DNA of 64,000 nt from Bugula neritina (lineage: Eukaryota; Animalia; Bryozoa): the NCBI GenBank assembly GCA_964035545.1, contig OZ037766.1, positions 10,468,722 through 10,532,721 on the forward strand. Reading direction: 5' to 3'. Numbering within the stretch: the first letter of the stretch is position 1; each line of letters opens with the position of its first letter. Shown here one piece after another: positions 1 to 14,300 of the stretch. Below the pieces are notes generated by a model, which was not told where the DNA came from, did not search any database, and worked only from the letters and a program-made list of their open reading frames with translations. Made by a program: the position numbers and the translations under genes.

Positions 1-1456
<1,456 letters not shown>

Positions 1457-1988
1457 TATTGAGTCATTAACTGCAGAATAGTAACAAGAAATTATCTGAG
1501 TTGTTATGAAATCATAGCAATAGCACAAATACAAAAAATTATTTATCATTTAATCAAGGGGTTGAATCCCAATTTTTAATTATTACTAAACAGTTATTCT
1601 TTTTGTCATTGACAGAGTACATCTGTAAATTAAGACAATTTAGAAGTAATATATGTGTAGCTTTGATCTATGATATGATGTGTATATAGGAGGGTGTGTA
1701 CAAGAGAAATTGGGTATAAGGGAAATGTATTGAGAGATTGTGTAGAATGTGAGTGCATTGAAAAAGGATGTTTTAAGGAAGATTATTGAGTGTGAAACCT
1801 AGAGGCAAAGACTATGCAGCATTGTTATACTGACACTTTAATATAGATATATACAAGCGTGAGCTTAAAATATACCTAGACACTATGAAATAATAAAAGA
1901 GCTGGAGTGAACATCGCAGACAACCAAGCAAGGGCCTGCTGATAAACCAATCCCCAGACTATACTAGAAGCTACAATTGGTGATATAC

Positions 1989-2555
1989 TGTGATAGATTC
2001 TCATCCTCTACTGTTCTCAAGTAACTGCGTGTGTCAGTATTATAATTACTGTTGCGTATATTTTGAATGCTGTAATTGTAGCTAAGTTGCACTAGCTTTC
2101 TAATGCCTTATTATTGTGATTAAGCTTTCAGTATAATGTAATTTTCATTAAATACGCATTTCCAGAGTTATTTTCCCTTTTTGCTATTTCATCGTTTTGC
2201 ATTAATACTGATACTGGAAATTTGTGTAGCTTTTATGAATGCCTTCAATAGGTTGTTATTATAGCTAAATTCTTGGCCTATTGAATTATTCATTCTCCTT
2301 TGTCTATTTTTCTTTTGTTACTGTCAAGCTTAACTTTCTTTTGTCTGTTGGAACATTCTAGATGTGAATTCTTGTGTATAAAAGCAGGCGAGTTTCCAGA
2401 GTAGATTCAGACTACTACTGGAGCTCGCTGGTAGTAGGACCACATGAGCTGTATCTGATACAATAAAGGTTATCCTCATTTGTACTCAAATACTTGGCTT
2501 ATTCTTTCTAGAGCATGTAGGCACTAGTTGCATTCAGAACCCACAGTTTACTACA
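1989..2555 (+). mobile_element. Probable solo LTR (567 bp)
   Basis: TG...CA termini flanked by direct repeat ATAC (1985-1988 and 2556-2559); internal TATAAAA (2377-2383) followed by AATAAA (2462-2467) in U3-R-U5 order. A 4-bp TSD alone could be chance. Confidence 0.5.
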
Positions 2556-2959
2556 ATACTACATGAGTTGATTAGTAACCACGGGTTTTACAAAAAACAA
2601 TGCATTAAAGGTTATAGTGGTGATCATTTAGCATAGAAATAAAATTTAATCGCCATTTCAAAAATCATCAAAACCTAAAAGTTAAAAGTAATCAAGTATC
2701 AGTATTTACTTTAGATCAATAAACTTAATTGTGTTACTTGAAATACTAATTATATTCATTTAAACTATAAAGTGAAGTTTAAGTATCATAATGATTATAA
2801 AATCAGATTGATGATAAATCAAATTTAATTATCAAATGATTATTTTTGTAATAATAGTATTAAATTTTAATTATTATCATCAACACAAATCGTTAAAAAT
2901 AAATGAACCATTTATGTAAACTGATGAACTTGCTCACAGTTTGAGTTATACTTAAACTT

Positions 2960-4860
2960 AATGTTATTTACTTTTAGTTTACCACTACTAATACTTGGTA
3001 TAAAATTTAAATCATACAGTTCAATTTATCTTTCACTTTCAGTAACATAATCATAATGATAATGATAATGATTAATATTATCATTATCATTATGATAATG
3101 ATTATGGTAATACTAATACTAATCATAATATTGAAACTAAAACAAGATAATTTTATTAGTATTGAGTATAATAATATTTATTATATTTATAGTCCGATCA
3201 ACTAAGACTAAAAGTAAGACTAAGAAGGTTTCTTTCTAAATATAATTTAATTATAATTATATTACTCTGCTTATGAACGAAATTTTTTCACATCAAAACC
3301 TGTATCGATCAGAGCGATGTATATATTTAACCTTTAACCCTTTGGTGTCGGCTACACTTCTTTATAATAATTGGCTTACATTTTAGTTAGCCTTGGCCTT
3401 TAAAAATTCAAAGCTAAAACGCTGTCAACCACGCGAGCGTATACTATTTATTTTGATAATAATATAAGGGATTTTATTTTACTTGGTAATAATTGGAGCA
3501 CAGGTTAGGCATTTTCTAGCCTTATCGTTGCGATTTTAATTCAATCGTTTTTGAACCTATAGTCAAAAAATATATTATTTATTTTTAAAACTCACGGGCG
3601 TACCAGTCTACATTAGTGAAATGGTAACAAGTATATTTAATTTATTATGTATTTCATATTCATTATGATTATCGTTATAATAAGAATCATCATGATAGTT
3701 ATTCTAGCGATGTCATTGTACCCAACATGAACATATAGTCAAATCTGAAGCTCTGTATCTTTTACGGAGTGGCTCGAGTCAAATCAAGCTCTACTCACTC
3801 TCAGTACTGAAAGTGAAAGTTACTCATACTCATAGTCAATGTCATACTCATAGTCGTACTGATACTATGAGTATGAGTCATAGTATTACGTTTATTTACT
3901 ATTACTGTTACTATTACTATTAGTAATACTTATACTAGTACTAATACTAATAGTAATAGTTTTTTATTATAATAGTAATACCCAAGTCAAGCTGAAACTG
4001 TTACTGTTAACACTCTAGTTCTACAGTTTAAGTTTCAATTTTACTTTTTACCTTTTAGTTTAAATCTTACTAGTTAGTGTTACTATTACTAATCAATAAT
4101 CTAATACTAATAGTAATAGTAATACTAATAGTAATCGTAGTAGAATTGAAACTCAAACTAAGAGTGCAGATGTAGTTTGACCTAAGGTATTCAGTACTAA
4201 GTACTGAGTAGAAGCAGTACTAGTAGTGCTAGTAGCAGTACTAGTAGTACTACAAGATTAGTACAACTAGTACTACTTTTACTATTAGTATTGGTGCACT
4301 GGTACTACTAGTACTGTAGTAGTAGTAGTACCTTTACTAGTACTAGTTCTACTACTACTAGCATCTGCATTACTATTAAGTTTAAATATAAATGCGTATA
4401 GTTTTAGTTTTAGTTATAACAGTACCACTACGTTACTATTACTTTTAGAATATAAATATTACTATTAAAAGTAGTTTACTAGTATTAACATTTTAGTTGG
4501 GGTATTTAGTATTCACTTTTAGTAAATAATTTACTATAACTATTAGTAATACTAATAGTAATAGTATTACTATTGCTATTTGCAATACTTATAGTTACAA
4601 TTAATACTATTAGTATTACTATTACTATTACTATAGACAATCACAATTGCATAGTGATAGTATAACCATAACTCATTAACTGTATAACCAGTACAAGAAT
4701 TGGTATGACTTCAAGTATAAGTATCACTGTTGGTATAAATATTTATGTTTCGCTGAGACGTATGATAATGATAAATATTTATGTTATGAAGTTTTTAGTC
4801 AGCTATAAATATAAGTATTACTAGTAGTAGTTGTCTCTTCACTTTTGACTTTAGACTAAA
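2960..4860. promoter_or_regulatory. Divergent promoter region (DPYS / PCSK7) covered by a TA-periodic low-complexity tract
   Basis: Lies between head-to-head genes. Arrays of TAGTAT/TACTAA/TAGTAA/ATGATA/TACTCA units surround a more complex, CpG-containing core (~3290-3620). Candidate PCSK7 non-coding first-exon donor AAG|gtattc near 4187. Confidence 0.6.
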
Positions 4861-5319
4861 ACTTTGAAGCTTAAATTTGAACTTTTATACACATGTGCCT
4901 GTGGCAAGTTTATCTTAAATATATATAAATTATCATATATTTGTTGATCTTTTCCCATTGTTTAAAGACAGTTGAATATATAGTTTGGGAATATTATTTA
5001 GTATCATGCTTGTATGGTATATGATTACTATACGCTGCCTTAATTTGAAAGCCTCTAGACTTGCAAAAATAACTTAGATTTACCAATAGAACTGGATCAA
5101 GTTTATACGCATTAGATTTGTAGTTTTTATATTTGCTCTGATTAAATTATAGTGGTATAGTGTAATATTTTTAGCCTCAAGTTTTACATGCTACAGGTAT
5201 GTAATTTTTAGTAATTTAGCTAAATAAAATTTACTTGAGTGTTATTTATTGTAGATGATGTGAAAAAATAGCTGACTCATTGGTCTGCAAACTATAGCGA
5301 ATAGGGCAGGTGTAGGAAC

Positions 5320-8300
5320 ATGGCTACGTGGTCATTAGGTAGCCCATTGTTACTTTGGGTGTCCGTGTGGTGTATAACATCAGCTAAGTTGATACGCAAC
5401 CATTTAGATTGGAAAAATGGTCACGGTGAAACAATGCAATATGCTATAAAGACAAGGGATGGTGTTGATATTAAGGATGAAGCATTTGTGGAAAATTTAG
5501 GCAATGTTGGGCTGATATACTCCTCCCCGTGTATGTATATTGAACACTGTCATATATTCACACACTTGTATCACTTCGCAAACGGCACCTGTGCATTTGG
5601 CAACACCACGTGTGCTGTCGCTGTGAAAGCCAACAAAGACTATGTGCACAGTCACCTTGACCTCTTGGAGGACGTGGAGTGGTATACAGAAATCTGGGAA
5701 AGACATAGGTTCAAGCGAAGAATAAATTTCAACGATAAGAATTTCACTTATCAATGGCACTTGGTAAGTAGAAACTATGTTAAATCAGATTTTATTTGTA
5801 TTTGTACTCAGATTTCTTGGCCTCGTGGTTTTTACATCATTCAACATTATACATCTTTATTAAGGTAGTGGCTTAAAACTGCTGATTGAAAGTTATTTCA
5901 AAACATTTTTTATCAATATTGTCATCAGTGGATGTATAATTTTGTCATTTTACTGCATCAAACGGCATAATTCTATCCGATATATATAATTGTTATTTCT
6001 AATACAGCAAGAAGGAGGTTCAACGTCACACACTGCTTATTTGAATGTGACAGGAGTATGGGAGCTCGGTGTGACAGGTCACAATGTTACTGTCGCTGTC
6101 GTAGATGATGGTCTAGAGTGGGATAATCCAGATCTGAAAGCCAACTATAACTCTGAAGGCAGCATAGATCTTAATGATCATGACAATGACCCCATGCCCA
6201 ACGAGGTCAATGGAAAGCCTATAGGTCTGATACCTCTTTATGTCTATACAGCAGCCCTTGATTATAGAACTGTATTCGTATCACAGTTCACCTGCTATTT
6301 ACTATCACTACGGGCCCATGCTTCAATGAATTTGTGGTTTCGGTTTACATTAATCTATGGTTGTGGTTTTATTCAATTGGCACTGTTCCCATGGATCAAT
6401 GAATTTTTCATTCACATGACGTGAAGCATGGGGGTGTGACGCATGGGAGTGTGAAGCATAGGGATGTGAAACACAACCGTAGGAACGTGGGGTGGTTTCA
6501 TTCTATGTAACCTGTACCAACATTCAGTAGAAATCCATTGGATGCTGGGGACTCTGTGGTTATTTCATTTGTATGGCATTTCTTATAATATTAAGATAGT
6601 TGTTATGGGGCTCCTAACACTTTATCAGCAATAATTTGTTAAGCTGAGGTTACTCCCTCTTGGGGCAATGGAAGGCCGTAAGTTTATGAAGATTGTTGTA
6701 GATCACAATGAACACGGGACTCGGTGTGCTGGAGAGATAGCAGCAGTAGCTAACAATGGAGTGTGTGGTGTGGGGGTAGCATACAACGCAGCTATTGCTG
6801 GTAAGTTAAGTTGGAGACAATAAAGGAAAAAAGGGTTTTTATTTATAATTATGATATCAGTTATATTATAATTAGTTAGTATTGTCGTACTGAGAATTAC
6901 TATTTCCTGTTAAAATACCATGAAATTTATTTTTTCTTTCTGACCAGGATTAAAATATTTTATGGACGTAACATTTCATATCAGAACTCTTGTGGTTACA
7001 AGGACAACAAAACTTCACTCATCATCATGCATTTTATCGTCAATTTTCTACTAAAGTATTTTAGCTTTAAATTGAATTTGTTTGTTATTATTCCAGTCCA
7101 TCACTAAACTTTTCTAAATTTTAATAAATATGAATCTAATTATCCATAGAAATTGAACAGGTATCAAAATACAACAAAACAACTTTTTACTAAGATCTAA
7201 TCAGAGTTTTTACCTGTTTTAGAAGTCGTTTAGGGAAAATAACATAAAACATCACAGTTGAAACATTACATAATTATTAGCTTTCCAAACTCAATGTGCT
7301 ACTGCTGTTATACGAAACTGAGTAAGTTGAATATTAGTACAAGAGTGTTTTAATGCTAAAGTAATAAATATAAGAGAGTTAGTTGTGTATTAATAATGAG
7401 TACAAGAGTAAAAGTATCTTGCAAGTAGTGAATATAAAAGTGAACACTGTGTAGTAGTAAGGAGTATAAGACAGTTAAAGTATTGTGCTTAAGTATTAAG
7501 TATAAGAATGTTGGTATCCCAAAGAACGTGAAGTTAAGTCTGGATTGAACTTTGTATAGGCTAATAAATACACGGAGGTTCTTTTTCAAGAAACTAGAAG
7601 AGCACCATGACTTGAGTTCTATTATGTAGCTTGTAATACGACAGGTTACTATAGAGTATAGAATAAATAGCATGCTATTGTGTTCTTAGTAGATATTGTA
7701 AAGGCATTTTTAATGATTATTCTGCAGTGTCACATATCATGCATTATGTTGCCCGATTAGTCACTCTATAATAATGTAATAGATGTATTCTTAATTATTT
7801 TTTATCGTTATTATTAATGACTTCCATGTTTTGTATTTGGTAAAGTGTACATCCTGTTATATTACTATTCTAGTTTAGATTCTGTTACTTAATATAATAC
7901 TTATACTGTTTTATATTTAAATACTTCTACTGTTTTACCATATTGATAATCTTATATTGACGTATCCATTTATTACTGTTTAGCATTTATATGTTTACAG
8001 AGCTTGTTTAGCCTAGTGTTACCAATAGTAAATAAGTAGTTATATAGATGAAACTATGGCAGAATCACTTCTGTTTCTTTAAACATTGCATTCTAGATTT
8101 GAGAAATATTTTTGTTTAATGAGTGAAATTTAAGTTTCATGCAGGATAATGTAGAATTTAGTTCAGGAATAATATCGAATACAGTTAATGTATTTGGAAG
8201 CCATTTCCAGCTAAATAGGGAGAAGAGCCAGTAACACTTGTATTAACATATTTCTCCATAACTATCTGACTAGTTTATTGTTAATGTTTATTTTTTTATG

Positions 8301-11300
8301 TATATATTTGTTAATGAAGTGTTTCACTTTGCCATGTTTTGAAACACTTAGTTCAGATTCATGTGTTATTTTTAAAATTGCTGCTCAATAACTACACAAC
8401 TACCTCAGTGCATAATACCAAATATGAGATATGCTATTCAATTGATAGAGTATTAAAATTTCAGTATAGAATAAATTTAAAAAAATATTTATTAAATTTA
8501 CAACTGAAAAGTGGAGATTTGGCATAGAATATTGCTGGTAATCCAAGACAGTATTATTTTAATTTTGAAGATGAAATTGCAAGTTTCAGCTCCCCATGCT
8601 GAAGCCTTAAATTGACTGCTTAAAGTCTGTTGCTGCACCTGAATATTATAACTGTTGATGAATTTTCACAGTGACCCAGTATACTTGAGTCTTTCACCTG
8701 TAATCTTAGCCTTGTGATCATCATATGTGTAGCCTTAGCGCCATTGTATGTGTTGCCTTAGGACCATCATATGTGAAGCCTAATGACCATCATATGTGTA
8801 GCCTTATGATCATCATATTCATAGGGGTGAGGGCCTTAGATGGCAGCATGACTGATCTGTTGGAGAGGGACGCGTTTGCCGCTAAACATTCCATCAATGA
8901 TATTTACTCCTGTAGCTGGGGACCAGAAGATGATGGGAAAACTGTTGATGGGCCGCACACTCTAGCCAAGGTGAGGTTTGCATTGTTATTGGTTTCAGTT
9001 AAAATAATAAAGATTCAAAAAAACGAAATTGGCTACATACTGCTCTTATTCACTTCTCCAATACAGATTGTGCATTACACAGCACCCTCACATACTCATT
9101 GTTTTATTCTATATATTCCTTTGTTGTTTTAAATTTTATATAAGTCTATGAGCATTAATATATAGCTAGTTTGGCATGACTGTGATATACTTGAATATAT
9201 TTAGTTTATTAGCGCTAAATACCTATAGTCTCTTTGTGACATAACCCAATTTGAATATATAGTGACCTAGGCTTAGTTGTCATTGCTTTAAAAGCTCTTT
9301 CTAGTGGAAACCTGTTCTACGTATAGTCTTAGTACACCAAGTTAGGTTGATCTTTCTTACATCCCTAATTTAATGTGAGACACAGTAAATGTCATGTGGA
9401 AAATGTATACTCTCGCACAATAAAAAACCTTCTTTCTGTCATGTTGCTATCAATCCTGTCTCCTCGTTGTTCAAATAGAATCTTGCTGAACTGAAAATTC
9501 ACCCATTGCTATAGTTTATTTGTATGAAGTTTTCTCCTCTCATGAAATGACATCTCCAAATAATTCAGTCCTTTAACCCAGCCAGCAATTCATACAAGCA
9601 ACATATATTGTGAAAAACATGGTCAACAGTTTTAACTGATGCTTTACATTCTTTTTCACTTTATTCTCTGCCTTGATTTTTGATAAATTTAATTTATTTG
9701 GCACAAAAGTCCAAAGCCCAATTTTCAAAAGAATAAACTAGTTGCAGCCTTAATAATTATATGGTACATTAAAACTTTGCACTTTTTAAGATGAAAATAT
9801 CTTTCAATTTATTTTGCACCTTCGGTTTCAGACAAATTACACTAACTCAAGATGCTCAGTAATTATTTGAAATAATAACAGCTGGGATCTAATAAAATAA
9901 TTAAATTAAATTGGTTTAGATTTAGATTTATCATCACCCCAGTCAAAGATTATAACTTATAAGAGTGGCCTAATTGTCTTTACTAGTTGTTAGTAGAGAC
10001 TAGCTTATGCTTTGTGAAGACATGTTTTCAGATTTCTCATTTCTTGTGTAACAAATACGATGTTTAGGAACACACTAGCTCAAAAAGTTACTTTATCTTT
10101 TTAACTAGAAGCTCAACAAATATCACTAAAAGAACAGAATTTTAAGATTCAAATTTATATCAAAACTGATTCCATTGTAGAGTTCAAATCAACATCAGAT
10201 GTCTAAAAGCGTTAGTAGTGTTACTTATAACTGGTTTTATGATATCTAAATCTTGTCATCAACTTGTTGTTTAGTCAGCAATAAGAAATGGGATTACTAA
10301 AGGAAGACGTGGATATGGAAGTATATATGTTGTTGCCAGTGGAAACGGTGGGAAAAATCACGATAATTGCAATTTTGATGGTTATGCAAACTCCATCTAC
10401 TTCATTACAATAGGTAAGCATACTTCTGAAGTCATGTTTTGTAAGTCTGATAATGTTGTATATCTGAATTTTACATAGATCACTCTAATATCAAATTGGT
10501 TTTTATTTAGGCCTGAGCAGTAGGCATTGCTAGATTCTGTCAGGGGGAGATAAGCCCTCATTGTTACTTGCTACAAAGCTACTGCCTACTAGATATGTTA
10601 TTTAGGTAATATAATGTTCGCCATGCTTGGAGTTGCCTTCCCATCCTTCTATTCACAATTTATACTATTTTATTCTGGGCAAATTTTATTAAGGAGCTGT
10701 TGATCAGCGCGGTAGGAAGCCAAGCTATGCTGAGGATTGTGCGTCAATGCTGGCGGTCACGCCTGGTGGAGACGGGGCTAATGGTGTAGTAAGTTCCTAT
10801 CTACTCCCTATATACTGTGTACAGATGTATAGTAGTGCAGTAGAAACTGCATATAATCCTGAGGCTAAGAGAATTTCGCTTAACCTAATTCAGTAATAGT
10901 GCATAGTATACATTTGACCTTCCACATGCTTAATAGGCTACTTTTCAAAATGCACTGTTTCTTGTTTAATTTTTACTGTAAATGTTGTTTGTGTTGACAC
11001 AATGTGTTGCTGTACTCTACTGTGTTTATATACTATTAATGAAAAAGGCTGGATGGTGTATAATGCTATTAAAATATGTTCATATGTAAGATAACTTGAT
11101 CAAATGTGTGAGGCCATTTATATTGACTCAATATATATTTTTATTGGCTAGCGGAATAGAGTACTAGAGCCACTAGAGTACTTCGCATGCCTTGACTTGG
11201 CTAAACTTTCTTAACTAACGAACTTGATTTGATTTAAAAAAGAAAATTAAATGCACTAGACTCAAGCAACTGAATGACTTGACTTAATAAGATGCTAGCC

Positions 11301-14300
11301 CAACCATGACTTGACTTGGTGTAACTTCGACTCAGCTTTGTCCCATGGGTATTGCAAATGGTTATAAATATTGGTCTATATGTATTTTGTGGTGTAATTC
11401 ATGTAATATGTAAATATAAAGTGTTATGTCCCATGCAACAATGGAGTTCCCCCAGCAGTTTTTTTAAGTTAATTCTTCGGCTGCAACACATGAGCATTTT
11501 ATGTGAAAAACTCTACTGAGTGTAAAACTTTAATGTCCAGACAATCTGTGATGTCATAGTGCGTCTAATAAGCATGTGTATTTCATGTATTGTTCATCAG
11601 GTTACTACAGACGTAACTCATAGAAAGGATAGTAATGGCTGTACTCGTGAGCATTCTGGGACTAGTGCTGCCGCGCCATTGGCAGCAGGGGTTATTGCTT
11701 TGGTTCTGTCAGCAAATCCCTGTTTGACCTGGAGAGATGTGCAGCACCTAATAGTTCTTTCTTCCGTTAAAGTAAATGTACCTTCTTATATATCCTTGTT
11801 ATATTATTTCTGAGTCTTATGGTAAATCTGTTTGTGAAAATGTGCTCATTTCAGTGAACTTTACACCGACATAAAGGCATGTACTTTCAACATTTTATAA
11901 ATTCTGTCATCACTAATTTAGTTTATGCATTCATTACCTACAAATCATGTAACAGTTTCAGTTGTATATTGGTATACAGAATATATAGGATTAAAGTGAT
12001 AATAGAATCTATCACAATGCCTATTGTAGGTTGATACTGATGATTCAGATTGGAAGACCAATGCAGCCGGGTTAAATCATAGCCACAAACATGGGTTTGG
12101 ACTTATCAGCCCTTGGAATGTAGTAAATGCAGCCAAAGTATGTGTATTGCCACTTCAGCAGTTTGAGATTACTATTGTGTGCATAGTCACTGGTAACTTG
12201 ATAGCCTTTAGTTACCCCTTTTTCATTAAGGACTTTTAAGCTCTAAATAGTGAATACATTTCTGAAAGCAGAGTATACTGCAAATATTCATTATAGCATT
12301 GCATTGTGTTACAAATTGAGAAAAGATTTGCTTCAGTTTAATATTGACCGTAAACTGCGATTTACAACGTTCGAATGTTATGAAATTTGATTAATACATT
12401 GTCAAACTTGTATACCAAATAGTATTTTGAGTAGTATTTTGGCTTCACATCTGTATAGAAAAGTCCTATGGGTAGCTGCTATACTAATACCGAGTTTTCT
12501 GATTATCTCTCCATCATAAAAATATAATTAAGGGTTTTGAACATAATGAATTGCTTCTAGTTGAAAAGTTGATCATTAATAAAGCATTTAAACATGTTTA
12601 TAATACAGATATGGAAACAGATGCCTCCACTTTCTTCTTTCACTAAGACAGATATCAGTATATCTGAACAGATACGCTCAGGAGAAAAGCTCAAACTATC
12701 TTATCAAGGTGGGCATTTTGTTGTAGATTAGATTTTACTTAAAGTTGAAATTATGGAGTTACGGTGATGTTACTTATAACTTTTTAATATTCTGTTATAC
12801 AACCAATTATTATATTTGTCGATGTAATCGTGAAAATAGTCTCGGGGAATTATTAGTGTGTGTTTAATTGTTATTTGATACCTGCCTAACCCATACTTTA
12901 TATTTCTGAATTTCAGCTTCACCAAGTTATTGTAGTAATTAATGAATTTATTTTTAATTTCATAGACCCTTTTCAGAGGTCCCCAATGTCCCCCCTTGTG
13001 GTCTTCCAAAATGAAATTTGTTGAGCAAAACAGACTTGAACTTATTTTTATGGTTTTGGTTGCTGAGCAAGGCTAAAGTGCCACATCAGCATTGCTAGGG
13101 TAATCAAAACCACAAAAATGCTTTCAAGTTTATTTCTGTCAAAATTATCCATGAAAAAAATATTTTTTAAAAAAAATTTGAACTGCTAATATGTGTGCTT
13201 ATACCAAAATATCTATTTCCTAAAAGAACAATTCTATAGCATAATTAGAATTTTAAGTGGCAGCCAGACTTTGAGTTTTAATGAGTTTGCTCTTTATAAA
13301 AACGTTCAATTTGTTCACTTTGGGAGGACACAACTCTTAATTGTAAAGGGGATATCGCGAACCTATGAAATAGGTCTATTGCTTCCAGTAAACTGTTTTT
13401 ACTTCTGCCAATCTCAATTATTATGTAGGTAAAGCTGGATTTTTTGCGAAACTGGCTGATGTTTCTACTCTGTTAATAATCAATAAACAACCCATCAGCA
13501 AAGTTGTCACTTTGTTCATGTATTGCTGTATTCTCATAAGGGAAAACAAACTAACTCAGTTGTATATTCTCTCTAGTCAGTGCACAGGACCTGCAGGCTC
13601 ACGATCTGAATATACTGGAGTATGTAGAGGTCACCCTCACTATAACACACAGACGTAGAGGTGACCTGCGGATAGAACTTATCTGTCCCAACACTCCCCA
13701 TTCTTCTGTACTCGCATCTGTTCGCCCTCACGACTCTTCGTATGTTTCACCAGCTTATCCTACTTTTTATTTAATTTATACGCTTTAAGTTAGTGCGTAA
13801 TAAAGTGGTTGGAATATTTAAAATTGTAACTACTTTATGGTTATTTAAATTTTTACTCAAATATTACGCATTTGCATGTTCCAATGTTACTGTAAAAGTT
13901 TAGATATGCCAAAAAGCGAAATCAACTTTTAAATAGAAAAGTTATCAGCTTAAACAGTTATAAGATATTTTTACCTGGGGTTGATTTTTTATGCACATAC
14001 CATGATGGTAGATAACTTCAATAAACATTGAGCTTTCTAACAATATAAGCATTGCTCATTAGCAATAAGCTTATAAGAAGCATGTTGTGTGGAAATGTGT
14101 TTATTACAAAACTTCATGCAAACTGATAAGTTTTGTTATAATTTCAGAAACAAAGGATTTCAGGGGTGGACGTTCTCCACGGTGAGATGTTGGGGGGAAA
14201 GACCAGCTGGGAGATATGAGCTCATCATCACAGATAGAGGAGGCAGTAATGAAGATGGCATGAGAACTGGCTCACTAGTCACCTGGAGTCTCACTCTCCA

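Noticed and set aside
8708-8822. CRISPR-like array
   Set aside because: Head-to-tail minisatellite without unique spacers, in a eukaryotic intron.
11170-11340. GACTTGACTT-rich patches (also ~23630-23710 and ~57390-57450)
   Set aside because: Probably decayed transposon subterminal repeats, but no termini or TSD could be defined.
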